64,000 nucleotides of DNA, from positions 54,188,001 to 54,252,000 of the forward strand of contig OX597828.1 in assembly GCA_951406725.2 (NCBI GenBank), given 5' to 3'. Positions 13,345-26,110 of the stretch are shown piece by piece. Made by a program: the position numbers and the translations under genes. Position 1 is the stretch's first letter. Every line of letters starts with the position of its first letter. The notes beneath the pieces are model-generated. The model saw nothing but the letters and a program-made list of their open reading frames with translations. It was not told the DNA's origin and did no database searches. Origin of the DNA: Octopus vulgaris. Taxonomy: Eukaryota.

Positions 13345-14030
13345 TCTATTCAAGGGACAAGGCCCGAGATTTTTGCGGAGGGGTGGCAGTCGATTAGATC
13401 TACCCTAGTACGAAACTGGTACTGATTTAATCGACCTCGAAAGGATAAAAGGCAAAGTCGACCTCGCCCGAATTTGAACTCGGAACGTAAAGACAGACGA
13501 AATACCTATTTCTTTACTACCCACAAGGGGCTAAACACACAGAGGACAAACAAACACAGACAAACGGATTAAGTCGATTATATCGACCCCAGTGCGTAAC
13601 TGGTACTTAATTTATCGACCGCGAAAGGATGGAAGGCAAAGTTGACCTCGAAACAGCAGCTAAATTCCTCTCAAATTACAAAGCAACTCCCAGATAATGT
13701 GGCAATGAGAGATTTCCTTGTACATAAGAAAATTACGGGATGGTCGCTGATGGAATACCTGATGAAATACCGCTGAGCATTTCGCCCGGCGTGCTAACGT
13801 TTCTTATTTTTTTAGTACCCAAAAGGGGCTACACACAGAGGGGACAAACAAACACAGACAAACGGATTAAGTCGATTATATCGACTCCAGTGCGTAACTG
13901 GTAGTTTATTTAATCGATCCCGAAAAGATGAAAGGCAAAGTCGACCTCGGCGAAATTTGAACTCAGAACGTAGCAGCAGACGAAATACCGCTAGGCATTT
14001 CGTCCAGCGTGCAAACGTTTCTGCCAGCTC
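13345..14030 (-). mobile_element. Nested cluster of SINE family B copies
   Basis: Three copies of the AAAGGCAAAGT(C/T)GACCTCG core with tails joined into heads. Interrupted at 13647-13760 by a foreign segment. Confidence 0.8.
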
Positions 14031-14411
14031 AAGTATAATGATAAAACAGGGTAATCTTATTAACAACTCATCTTGAGCATTTAGATATTTAAAATGTTTA
14101 TTGTTAGTTACCTTCTCCTGCAAAAGATGTTCCGTGTTCTTCATTTCAAAATATTTCTGAAGCAGCAGATCTTCTTCTTTATCTCTGCAGATCTTCTTCT
14201 TTATCTCAGAACGTAATGGCAGACGAAATACTGCTAAGCATTTCGCCCGGTGTGCTAACGTTTCTGCCAGCTCGCCGCCTTCCTCGTATATATTTATTGA
14301 GGAAAAGAGAAGTGAAATCGATGTTACGAACGTTGCCATGGAGAGATGTTATTTATTCCATACGACATTAAAAGTTATACAAAATATATGACATACGTAA
14401 TAATTTACTTA

Positions 14412-14640
14412 AGGTGACGAGCTGGCAGAATCGTTAGCGCGCCGGGTAAAATGCTTAGCGGCATTTCGTTCATCTGTTTTAAAGACATTCTGAGTTCAAA
14501 TTCCACCGAGATCAACTTTGCCTTTCATCCTTTCAGAGTCGATAAAGTCGATAAGTACCGGTTGAGTACCGAGGTCGATGTAATCGACCAGTACCCTCCC
14601 CGAAATTTTCAAACTTTGTGTCTATGGTAGAAAGTATTAT
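14412..14640 (+). mobile_element. SINE family B
   Basis: GAGCTGGCAGAATCGTTAGC...GAGTTCAAATTCC...TTTGCCTTTCATCCTTTC. Confidence 0.8.
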
Positions 14641-15123
14641 TGTTAATTCACTTCCTCAGACATCTTGATTTGAATCCCAATTGTAGTGGATCTTACATAC
14701 CAGAAGTGGATTCGATCCACCATAGCCAAATTTAAATTAACGCTGCAACAGAACTGTTCCCATTGTAGAATAATGGTTTTTCTCTGACAGCAGTTTTACA
14801 TTTTCCAGATGCCTTTATCTAGGCCGAAATGTCTTCACCACTTGACCCTTTCTCACCTCTTCTACTTCACCAAAAGCTAGAATAGAGATAACAAGACCAC
14901 TAAATCTATTGTTTTCAATGATATATCTATCCTTCTGGATAGTTATATAAACAATCACACCCCAAGCAAAAATCAGTTCGTCGCAGTCGTGACGACTCAA
15001 CTAGGTCTGGCTGACCGACCTTGTTCAGAGGGAGAAAGCAACTGTGAGACAACACCCTACAATTCTCTCTAGCTCTAATTCTGTTCTCTTACAACATCAT
15101 TCTATCTCTCTCTCTCTCTGTAA

Positions 15124-15519
15124 TCTTTATATATAAAAGTCAAGTTGTGTGTCTGTCTCCTACGATTTAGATTCCTAACTACTCCCACATTTTGCGGTGC
15201 AGTTTAACCAAAACCGGGTATCTTATAGTCGTGATTCATATCGAGCCCTTCTGGGTATTAGCGTGCGTCTACGATGAGTCTACGATTTTAAAAATAATTT
15301 ACCATCATTTTTTCCATTTTAATGCATTTTTTCGCTATTATATAAGGGAAGTAACTCTCTAAAAATGTCTACGATGAGTCAACGATTTAAAAAAAAATTT
15401 ACCATAATTTTTTTTCCATTTTTAATGCATTTTTTTGCTATTTTTTGGCTATAACTCTCTAAAAATGCTTTATAGTTATTTCCCTTACAAACCCGAGCAA
15501 CGCCGGGCGATACTGCTAG
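15124..15519 (+). mobile_element. Non-autonomous Helitron
   Basis: A|TC 5' end (TCTTTATATATAAAAG), subterminal hairpin CCCGAGCAACGCCGGG, CTAG|T 3' end, no TSD. Contains an internal ~100-bp direct duplication. Confidence 0.8.
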
Positions 15520-16032
15520 TTACTACTAAACAATGAAGAGGATACAAACACAAACTTTACTTCGCATGCTTTTGGATTTATCACAACCTGCCCGTCGCGG
15601 CTTGGTATTGTAACGTAACGGTAAATAAATACTTTCCGAAAACATCAGGCATTGTTCATCTTACACATCCTACAGAATGCAATAATAACAACCAATTGTT
15701 ATCGTCACACAAGCTGACTCCGATACATCATAATATTGTCAACAAATCAATTATTTCCGTTACACAATCAATTTAAAATAAATTGATTGTGATTCAAATC
15801 ATGATGTTTGAGGATGTGAATGAACAATATTATTACATATGTCACTTATATTGCATAAATCTGTAAGTGATTTGCAATAATCTTAAGGAAACGTTCATAA
15901 CATCGATTTCACTTCTCTTTCCCTCAATTAATTAATCATTATTCACTCTGTATGGTCATAACATGTCTACTGGACGATAACCTTCGATTCGCGAAATGCT
16001 CTTTTTATCATTTTATCATTAATTGGAACATA

Positions 16033-16266
16033 ACTAATAAATCGAAGGAGAGGAGCTTTCTCCGTCCGGGTTGGGGATCCGTGGAATAAGCTGCCGGACG
16101 AGATGGTGAAGATGCCGACGACCGCTTTGTTCAAAGCCTCCCTTGACCTCAAGTGGCCTGAACTCTTTACATGAACACCACCCTGTACTTAACTCCATGT
16201 CCCCCTACATGGCCTTGCTATTTGCTTTTGAGCCAAATCAACTAACTAACTAACTAACTAACTAAT
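16033..16266 (+). mobile_element. CR1-type LINE 3' end
   Basis: Translates NRRRGAFSVRVGDPWNKLPDEMVKMPTTALFKASLDLKW (CR1 ORF2 C-terminal FSxRV..WNxLP..FK..LD motif), followed by a short UTR and a (CTAA)n tail. Confidence 0.8.
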
Positions 16267-16388
16267 CTTCCTTCGGTTATTGGAATACTAGCGGAGTATT
16301 CCAATAGGAGCCAGATTTCTACCTGAACTACGGATGAGGCGAATTACCGGATTATTCTTATCCCCACAGAGGCACACACGTACACGCT

Positions 16389-16419
<31 letters not shown>

Positions 16420-17231
16420 TCGCGCACATATCTAGCACCTCTCTACCCACGCAGTGTGTGTGACTTTATAATCTACATCTTGCTTTCGTGAATTGTTCTT
16501 TAGAGCCTGTTTAGCAGTGACAAGTCGCATACAGCCTAACAGCCAAACATCTTGAGAAACAGTCGGAGTTTGAGAGCTACAAGGAAAGAAGGCTCTCGAG
16601 CCCCAGGTTCGAACTCGTTTTAGCTGAGTCGGCTGGACCAACGACAAACGAAGTGACTTGCTCAAGGATACAACAGGCACCCCAGTCCGGGAACTGAATT
16701 CACGATCTTACAAGTATGTATGTGTATGTCGAAGTATCTGTGTGTGAAAGACATGGTTTACGGCTGGAAGCAGATACACGGCCGACAATTCCTTATAATC
16801 CCTTACTTGATCAGGATTGACCTAGGGTTATAATAACAACAGCGAATATTAAAATTAATTCCATGATATCCATTGCGAGAGGTGAACGTCAAGGAGAATG
16901 AGAGAAAAAGAAGAAGTTCCTGATTTTACGATTTAGTTTCGATTCCAAGCAAATATACAGTACAAGAGCCTTCTAGACACTGTCTACCATGGAGTATATC
17001 ATCTAATGTGTCATTGCACTTTTATGAATATTGTACGAGTGTTTGTTATATTCTTGTTAGTTCATTGGTGGATGGACATCCAATATATTATCAACGCTTA
17101 AATCGCCCCCCGAAGGAATGCTTTTTAAACCGTCAAAACAACGACGTAACATCAAAAGTTCCATCGAGACTGAAAAGGCTTTAATATTACCATCTTCTCG
17201 TCTGACCAACATCATCACTGCTTCAGGGATT

Positions 17232-17575
17232 ATATGTATGTATGTTTGTATGTATGTATGTATGTATGTATGTATGTATGTATGTATGTATGTATGTATG
17301 TATGTACGTATGTATGTATGTATGTATGTATGTATGTATGCATGCATTTATGTATGTATGTATGTATGTATGTATGTATGTATGTATGTATATGTATGAA
17401 TGTATGCATGTATGTATGTATGAATGTATGTATGCATGCATGCATTGTGTCTGCATGTATATATGTATATATATATATGTACGTATGAATGTATGTATAT
17501 ATGTATGTATGTACGTATGCATGCATGCATGTATGCATGTATGTATGCATAAATGTATATATATATATATGTGTA

Positions 17576-17606
<31 letters not shown>

Positions 17607-17795
17607 ATGTATGCATGCATGCATTTATGTATGTAAATATGCATGAATGTCTGAATGTATGCATGTATACATATATGTATGTATGCATGTATGCATGTCT
17701 TTATGTATGTATGTATGTATGTATGCATGCATGTATGCACGTATGTATGTATATATGTATGTATGCACGTATGTATGTATATATGTATGTATGCA

Positions 17796-17853
<58 letters not shown>

Positions 17854-18122
17854 CATAGATATATACATATATATATATGTGTGTGTGTCTCTCTGTGTGT
17901 GCATCTATACACATATATATACGTGTATGTATGCATGCATTTATGTATGTATGTATGTATGCATGCATTTATTATGTATGTATGTATGTATGTATGTATG
18001 TATGTACGTATGTATGTATGTACGTATGTATGTATGTATGTATGTATGTATGTATGTATGTATGTATGTATGTATGTATGTATGTATGTATGTACGTATG
18101 TATGTATGTATGTATGTATGTA
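17232..18122. repeat. Compound (ATGT)n/(ATGC)n/(GT)n/(AT)n microsatellite
   Basis: Directly visible. Confidence 0.97.
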
Positions 18123-18654
18123 TAAAATGGGGGAAATTGATTAGCAGAACCACTAAAACATCAGACAAAATGTCTGGAGTATTTAATTACATTCCTTCGC
18201 GTTCCGAGTTCAAATCGCGCCAAGCTCAACTCCGCCTTTCATATTTCCGAGGTTGATAAAACAATTTTCCATTCAAGTAGAGAGATCGATACAATATTCC
18301 AGTAAAACATGTTGGATCTGAATGGATTTCCAATACCAGGTGGTGGGGGTTGAGGTCGATAAAATAAATAGCAGGGAAAAGGAGTGGCTTGCGCTGTAAA
18401 AGCTAGAATTCTGTTGCTGTGTGTCTGCATTAAAACAATTAAAACTGAAACAAAAGGAAAATAACAACCACCAAAGATCGAGAGAAAAGATGAGGAGAAA
18501 AAAGAAGCAAATAGAAGCTGAAACACAAAACTGATCTCACATCATGTGATGAAACTCAGCTGGGGATAGGTAAGAGATTATTGTATGACGGGTTGTAGTA
18601 TTTGTTACGGTAGTGGTCGTGGTGAGGGGGATGGCGGTGGTGTTGGTCTTTGAT

Positions 18655-19190
18655 GGCGGCCACGGTGGTAGCGGCTGCAGAGGTGGCAGAATCAGCGGCA
18701 GTGGCTGCAGAGGTGGCAGTAGCGGCAGTAGCTGTAACAGCGGCAGCAGCGGCGACAGCAGCAGTGGCGGCGGCAGCAACGGCGGCAGCAGTGGCGGCAG
18801 CAGCAGCGGCAGCAGCAGCGGCAGCAGCAGCGGCAGCAGCAGCGGCAGCAGCAGCGGCAGCAGTGACTATAGCTTGGAAGCGATGGAAGCGGCAGAGGCG
18901 AGACAGCGGCGCGAACAGCAGCAGCGGCACCGGCAGTAACGCCGGTGGCAGCAGCGGCGGCGGTAGCGGCAGTGGCGGCGACAGCGGTAGTGGCGGCGGC
19001 AGCGGCAGTGGCGGCGGCAGCGGCGGTGGCGGCGGCAGCGGCGGTGGCGGCGGCAGCGGCAGTGGCGGCGGTAGCGGCAGTGGCGGCGGCGGCGGTGGCA
19101 GCGGCGGCGGCAGCGGCAGCGGCGGTGGTGGCGGCAGCAGCGACAGGAACGGCTGCAGCGGCGGCAGCGGCGGCGGCAGAGGCGCCGCCA
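18655..19190. repeat. GC-rich (GGC/AGC/GGT)n triplet repeat tract
   Basis: Directly visible; several frames open on both strands (poly-Ala, Gly-Ser, Pro-Leu). Confidence 0.9.
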
Positions 19191-20025
19191 GAGACCGCTG
19201 TATTTCAATCACTAGGCGAAGTAGCGGCACACTTGTGTATTCTCCGACTCCGCGGCAAAGAATAGCAATGGAGCAGGAGAAACGCTAACGATCCCCGGAC
19301 GAAACTTACAGCAACCAACAACAGCAACAACAATAATAATCGATTCACAGTACCTGCCTGGTACTAATTATATCTATCCTGGAAGGATGAAAGGTGGGGG
19401 TCAATCCAATTGTAATTTGAACTCAGAACGTACAGATATGTCAGTTATTCTCTGGCGCATAAGACTCGCTTCCACGTGAGACGTATCTCTAATTCGCAAT
19501 GATATTTTGTAAGAAAATAAACAATTATAAGATGTTTCCTCAAAGATTTAATGAAAGTAATTTTGATGTGAAAACAATGATTTTTATGCATGTAGATCCA
19601 ATGGAATCGAGAATGAAATCACAAGCAGTGGAATCATAAAAGAAAATAAATTTAATTTGCTCAAATTGAAGTGAGACGCCATACATTGTTATCAGCAAAT
19701 ACTGTTACGCGATGACAACGCAAATATATCCGTTAAAAACAAAAAAAGTGGGGGGGATAAAACAAACAGCGAACTACAATAAACTGGAATGAAGTCCTAT
19801 AGAAACATTGTTTGCAGACAAAGTAAATATTTCATTGATATAAGTAGACAGCAATCAACCAAAATACATTCTAACCGAAACTGGTATTTCAGTGAATTGC
19901 TACAGGCTGCAGAGTACGCAAACAAAAGTATCATTTCGTTCATTCCTAATTTACCGTCGGCCATTATTTAGGTCTTCCACAAAATTGCTATTTGTGCTAA
20001 TAAATTGATAACTGGGTTAATTCTG

Positions 20026-20452
20026 GGATCTTTTCGGTTTGAACGGCAGTTTTTTCTAGCGGTGTCATATGAAATTATCACCCATAATTATGACCCTAGT
20101 ATTCATCTATTGTATTTCAATCTGTTTTAGGGTTAGGGTTAGTTAGGGTTAGGGGTGAGGGGAAGGGTATCTTTTTTTCTTCAGAAATGTAAATAAACCC
20201 AATCTTTTTCTTAAACGAGGGACATTTTCATACGGCACAGAATGCTCTCACCTCAATAGACGTCATTGATTGGTTGAAATTGCAGAAATTGAAGAAAAAC
20301 AACAACAAATATCTTACAAACTATAGAATTTTCTCAATAAATCCAAGAGAAAAAGATGTTTCATAAACACATTCTACCAGTATACGAAGTTTAAAAGTGC
20401 TTAATTACGTGGAAATTATATTAAAAAACTGCCGTTCAAACCGAAAAGATCC
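20026..20452. mobile_element. MITE with ~27-bp TIRs, possible CTG TSD (Harbinger-like)
   Basis: GGATCTTTTCGGTTTGAACGGCAGTTTTT ... AAAAACTGCCGTTCAAACCGAAAAGATCC, flanked by CTG on both sides. A second partial copy lies at ~28190-28459. Confidence 0.8.
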
Positions 20453-20853
20453 CTGGGTTGGTTTTTAATTATATTATCTTTCGGGATATTTTTAGCAACG
20501 CAATTTTTAACTTAGCACTTGAAGGCTTTGCTCATCCTAATATCTTCTGTTTGATGTCGAAATGTAGATGTTTGCTCTTCAAATCCCACAGAGAAATGAC
20601 GGCTTGAATTTATGCAGAGCTGAAATCTGAAACATCGGTGTTAAAACGGTAGTCAGGCATGGACGCATTCTAACTCCTGCACTGTTTAATACCTCCTTAT
20701 CCGTATAGGATACACAGAAGAGTAGAAAGGTAAGCGGAAGTGATAGTCACTATAACTTCCAGCAAGAGAGGAATCTATTCAACATCTGAATTTATTCAAC
20801 ATCTAAACCACAAATTAAAACCAAAATCTTCGAACTGCAAAATGCTGTAGCGA

Positions 20854-21652
20854 CTGGGAGAAACCCTAGGCTTCGGCGAAGATCAACTGGCCAACTTGTT
20901 CCAAAGAACATTCGGGCCGGGGCCTATGGATAATTACCAAAAGTCCCTGGCCTGGCAATGTTACAGAGGAGCTTTACCGGTTCGAGATAAGCTCTTTGGA
21001 CATGGGTGTGCGCCGTCGCCGGTTTCTGCAAGATGCGAGCAGGACAGTGAAACCGTTCTGCAGGCGATTGTGCAATGCGCCAAGGTGACTGAGCTCTGGG
21101 CTTATGTCGAACACCTGCTGTCGCATTCGAGAAGAGTACAACTGTCGAGCGAATCTGTAATTAAGATCGTTCCGCCGACCTCCATGAATAGGGAGGAGCG
21201 AGCCTGTTTTCACTCGGTAGTTGAAAGAGGTAGTATGGCAGACGAGAGTGAAAGGAATTGCAACAGGCATGTTTATCTCCAGTCTCGAGCTAATCGACTT
21301 TTTCGTTTTCCGCATGAAACGGAAAATAAGGCTGGAGAAGAAATGCCTGTCGCAAAGTGTGTTTCTTAAAAGATGCAATTCTATAGCAAGTATGTTGCGA
21401 GCGAAAGAACCTGTTTAATCGAGAATGTGAAAAAGGAGAAAGCAAAGTCTTCAGTGTGAGGATGTGGTTTGTGGGGTCAACCGCGTCCTCCGCTTCATTT
21501 TTTGTTATTCACTCATTCTCATTTAATTGTATATATTTTAATTGTTTGTTTATTCATACGTTTCGTCTCATTCGATACCCTGACCCTAATGTTTGTTTTG
21601 TCTGTCCTCGTATCGTCCCCTCTTTTTCTCAACCTCATGGTTAATAAAGAAA
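20854..21652 (+). mobile_element. 5'-truncated Tx1/L1-clade LINE (zf-RVT region + 3' UTR)
   Basis: LAWQCYRGALPVRDKL...ARCEQDSETVLQAIVQC..VTELW, then a frameshift to KEVVWQTR. This is the typical L1/Tx1 ORF2 C-terminus; AATAAA at ~21643. Confidence 0.8.
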
Positions 21653-22179
21653 TTGACTGTGTTGTAGTTGTTCATACGCTATCAGTATCTCGGTAGTTAT
21701 TAAAGCTTGCGCGTGGCTGTGTGGTAAGAAGCTTGCTTCCCAACTACATGGTTCCGGGTTCAGTCCTACTGCATGGCAACTTGGGTAAATGTCTTCTATT
21801 AAGCCTCGGGCCGACCAAAACCTTGTGAGTAGATTTGTCAGACAGAAACTGAAAGAAGTCCGTTGGGCCGTTTGCCGTTAGTGGCTGCCTACTTGTGACC
21901 ATAACTCTAGTTGATCTCTGTTCACTAACTGATTTTGCCTTACCAAATTCTAGTTTTTTATAACCATTCAAAACCAGTCAGAAAGATAGACATATTGTTC
22001 AGGACAATAGATTTCGTTGGGGGCCTATTATCTTTATTACAGCTTTTGGTGGCCTAGGCGTAAAAACGTAAGTCGATTTGTTCAACTAAAACCCTTCAAA
22101 ACAGTGCTACAGCATGGCCACAGTCAAATGACTGAAACAAGTAAAAGAATAAAAGAATAGATAGATAGATAGATATATA

Positions 22180-22217
<38 letters not shown>

Positions 22218-22573
22218 GTGAGTGAGTGAGTGAGTGAGTGAGTGAGTGAGTGATTGATATAATCAATGAGATAGACGGAAGATGGAAGATACGAGAACCT
22301 TTATTAATCACTACAATCATGTCGACCCATCAAGCATCGATCCTTCGCGGGTGGGATACTGCATAATTCGTACCTTCCACCCTCCGTCCTTTTCACTAAT
22401 TACATACCCAACGAACACGAAGCCAGTAGACGTGTTTTACCACCAGGTGGACACCATGCCATTTACTAACACTCCTTTGTATAATTTCACGCGAAACTGA
22501 TTGGTAAGACCAGCCGTGATGGATAATTAACGCTATAAAATTCAGACAATGTATGCACACACACTCACATATA

Positions 22574-22637
<64 letters not shown>

Positions 22638-22638
<1 letters not shown>

Positions 22639-22700
22639 ATGTCATCAGCGAAACGGTGGTAGGTGGGTAGCTCGCCATTGATTTTGACACCACCTTGCCA
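22638..22700 (-). mobile_element. RTE LINE reverse-transcriptase active-site segment (inverted)
   Basis: Minus strand WQGGVKINGELPTYHRFADDI. Confidence 0.8.
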
Positions 22701-22935
22701 GTAATGTATGCATGTATGCATGCGTGTATGTATGTATGCATGTATGTATGTATGTATGCATGTATGTATGCATATATGTATGTAATGTATGTATGTATGT
22801 ATGTATGCATGCATGCATGCATGCATGTATGTATGTATGTATGTATGTATGTATGTATGTATGTATGTATGTATGTATGTATGTATGTATGCATGTATGC
22901 ATGCGTGTATGTATGCATGCGTGTATGTATGTATG

Positions 22936-22969
<34 letters not shown>

Positions 22970-23105
22970 TGTATGTATGTATGCATGCATATATGTATGT
23001 ATGTATGCATGCATGTATGTATGTATGTATATATGTATGTATTTATGTATGTATGTATGTATGTATGTATGTATGTATGTATGTATGTGTGTGTGTGTAT
23101 ATATA

Positions 23106-23813
23106 ATCAAAAGCTCTGCAGTAGGTCTCAACATAAATCGCATGAAAACGAAATTTATGCGGTCCGACAACGTACCAACAGGTCGAATGGTGGTCGGCAA
23201 TGATGAAATAGAGGAGATAAAGGAATATGTCTATCTGGGACAGGAAGTGAATATGTGCCGAGACATTGAAAAGGAGATCTCGCGGAGAATAAGTGCCGGA
23301 TGGAAGGCGTTTAATGGCATAAGGGATGTGCTCAAGGGAAGGTTGGACAGGAACACCCGTGCCAACCTCATCAATAGCACAGTTCTGCCTGCAATGTTAT
23401 ATGGTAGTGAAACATGGGCTACCACAAAAAGAGAAGAGCAGAGACTGGTAACGGCTCAAAGAGCCATGGAAAGGTCAATGCTTGGAATCTCGTTGAGAGA
23501 GCACATCAGTAGCGAGGTCATCAGAAAGAAGTCCGGCGTGAGAGATGTCATCGCAGAGTATACACGCAGCAAGTTTAGATGGGCTGGGCACGTCGTCCGG
23601 CTCACCGATAATCGGTGGAACCGCGCAGTTGTCGAGTGGTATCCGCGCCAAAGGAAACGACCACTCGGAAGGCCTCCACGACGGTGGAGTTACGATTTTA
23701 GGAGGCCGATTGGGATCACGTGGATGAGAAAGGCGCGACCCAGAGAGGAGTGAACAGCGTGCTGTGACCAGCGGTGTCAAATGGACGCCAGACGGACTGG
23801 TCGATCAAGGTGA
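23106..23813 (+). mobile_element. RTE-clade LINE 3' fragment (RT thumb/C-terminus)
   Basis: SAVGLNINRMKTKFM...EYVYLGQ...RRISAGWKAF...VLPAMLYGSETW...KFRWAGHVVR...KRPLGRPPRRW are diagnostic RTE ORF motifs. Confidence 0.92.
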
Positions 23814-23815
23814 TA

Positions 23816-23851
<36 letters not shown>

Positions 23852-24173
23852 TGTATGTATGTATGTATGTATGTATGTATGTATGTATGTATGTATGTAT
23901 CGCAGGAATAGCTGTGTGGGAAGAGATTTGCTTCACAACCACATGGTTCCCGGTTCAGTCCCACTGCGTGGCATCTTGGGTAAGTGTCTTCTACTATAGC
24001 CTGGGGCTGACCAGTCTTGTAAGTGCATTTAATAGACGGAAACTGAAAGAAGTCAGTCGTACATATATGTGTTTGTAGTATGTGTCTTTGTGCGTGCGTG
24101 CGATGTGTATGTGTGTGTGTGTGTGTGTGCGTGTGTGTGTGTGTGCGTGCGTGTGTGTGTGCGTGTGTGTGAG

Positions 24174-24260
<87 letters not shown>

Positions 24261-24512
24261 TGATTTTGTAACTCTATACTGTAAGCAGAGTCAAACACTT
24301 TATTGTAAAGAGCAAGTTGACAAGGACTTCAAATTTAGCCTACAGAACAAAAATATGCGTATGTGTATACATACATACATAACATACATACATACATACA
24401 TACATACATACATACATACATACATACATACATACACACGCGCTCACACACGCCAACCTATATAGATTTACGTGGGTATGGATTTACGTATAGATGTTCA
24501 TAAGTATAATTG

Positions 24513-24561
<49 letters not shown>

Positions 24562-25289
24562 ATATATATATATATATATATATCGATGCGTAAACACACA
24601 CACCCACACCCACCAGCATATATTCAGTTGTGTGTATATGTGTGTGTGTCGCATATTTGTCATTAGGTCAGTTATTTCTCTCTAATTACACCATTGCCAG
24701 CTGTCATGGCTTCCATACATAATTAACGGCATAATTAGCCTTGTGAAGCAGTTATCATCCCACCCACTTCTTCCCGCATAACCAGGGCACTCACACATTG
24801 TACATACACATACTATACACACACACACACACAACACACACACTAGCGCGCACACACACACAGTTCAACCGGGTTGCACTAACGCTAAACAATTCCTAAT
24901 AAACGACAGACCTAATTATGTAGAGATCACCCTATAAGGTAACTTCTAATGAATCGCTTAACCTTTGGAAATAGCAGCCAAATATCCCTCAAACCAGAAC
25001 CTAACCTCTTAAAGTTGTCCACTAATGAATTAACATGTAGGTGGCTAAATAATCCACAGACCTGTGTACCATTAATATAATAGTCGGACAGATTCAGTGA
25101 TATACTCTTTCACAAAGCGGCAAATTTAATTTCCAGATAAACCGATCCGCTGGTCTTCCGTACAGTTTCCGTTTACCCAACTTCATTTACGAGACTTTCG
25201 TCCCAGTGTCATGTTAAATGATGCATAACCCAAATACCAGGCACTGGAATAGAACCCGCGGCCTCATGTATACAACATTTGAATATTTT

Positions 25290-25473
25290 ATCCTTTATCT
25301 TTTACTTGTTACAATCATTTAGACTGCAGCCATGCTGGGGTACCGCCTCGAAGAATTTCTAAGTTACGGGAACGTAAACACACCAGCACCGGTTGTCAAG
25401 CGGTGAGGAGGGACAAACACAGACGCAAAGGCACACATACACACACACACACACACGCATACACACACACATG

Positions 25474-25505
<32 letters not shown>

Positions 25506-25633
25506 CAACGCGCTTCTTTCAGTTTCCGTCTTCCAAAAGGCTTTTGTCGGCCCGAGGCTATAATAGTGGACACTTACCCAAGGTGCCGCGCAGCAGGACC
25601 GAACTCGGAAACTTGTGGTTGGGAAGCAAGCTT
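25290..25633 (-). mobile_element. SINE family A (internally deleted)
   Basis: Reverse complement of family A head and 3' body. Confidence 0.75.
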
Positions 25634-25857
25634 CCAATATAAATGGTTTTAAACCAGTAACGTCGCTAATACCCGTGGATATATATTTGTCAATTGTCAA
25701 ATGTATTTCGTTGCGTTTCTTTACCTTTCTACAGCAAACACCACCGCCGCCACCACCCTCCACACCACCACCACCACCCTCCATCCGGAGTTTAGTTTCT
25801 TTTTCATCCTTCGAAGGAGTGGTGCCCCATAGTCGTCGTCGTCGTAGTTGTTCTTGT

Positions 25858-25904
<47 letters not shown>

Positions 25905-26110
25905 GAATATCTCGTAACATTGTTGGTTCTTGCGAAGTGTCACTAAAGAAGCCGTCTTCTAATTATGAGTATATGGAAGATTTCACTGGAGATATTTCAC
26001 TGGAGATATTTCCCCTATAGATTTTCCCAGCCCCTACAGCAGGATTTGAATTCAGTTCAGCGGATTTATGAAGTATTGATATACAGTTGATACTGTTTTT
26101 AGAGTAGTGG

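Noticed and set aside
14164-14207. Short tandem duplications (22 bp here; 15 bp at ~25980; 12 bp at ~3138)
   Set aside because: Ordinary slippage duplications.
17057-17235. Open frames on both strands next to a microsatellite
   Set aside because: The apparent donor comes from the (GTAT)n repeat; no recognisable protein motif.
22695-23753. 352-aa ORF as an intact gene
   Set aside because: The N-terminal ~135 aa are microsatellite; the remainder is a truncated RTE lacking the endonuclease and an in-frame RT active site.
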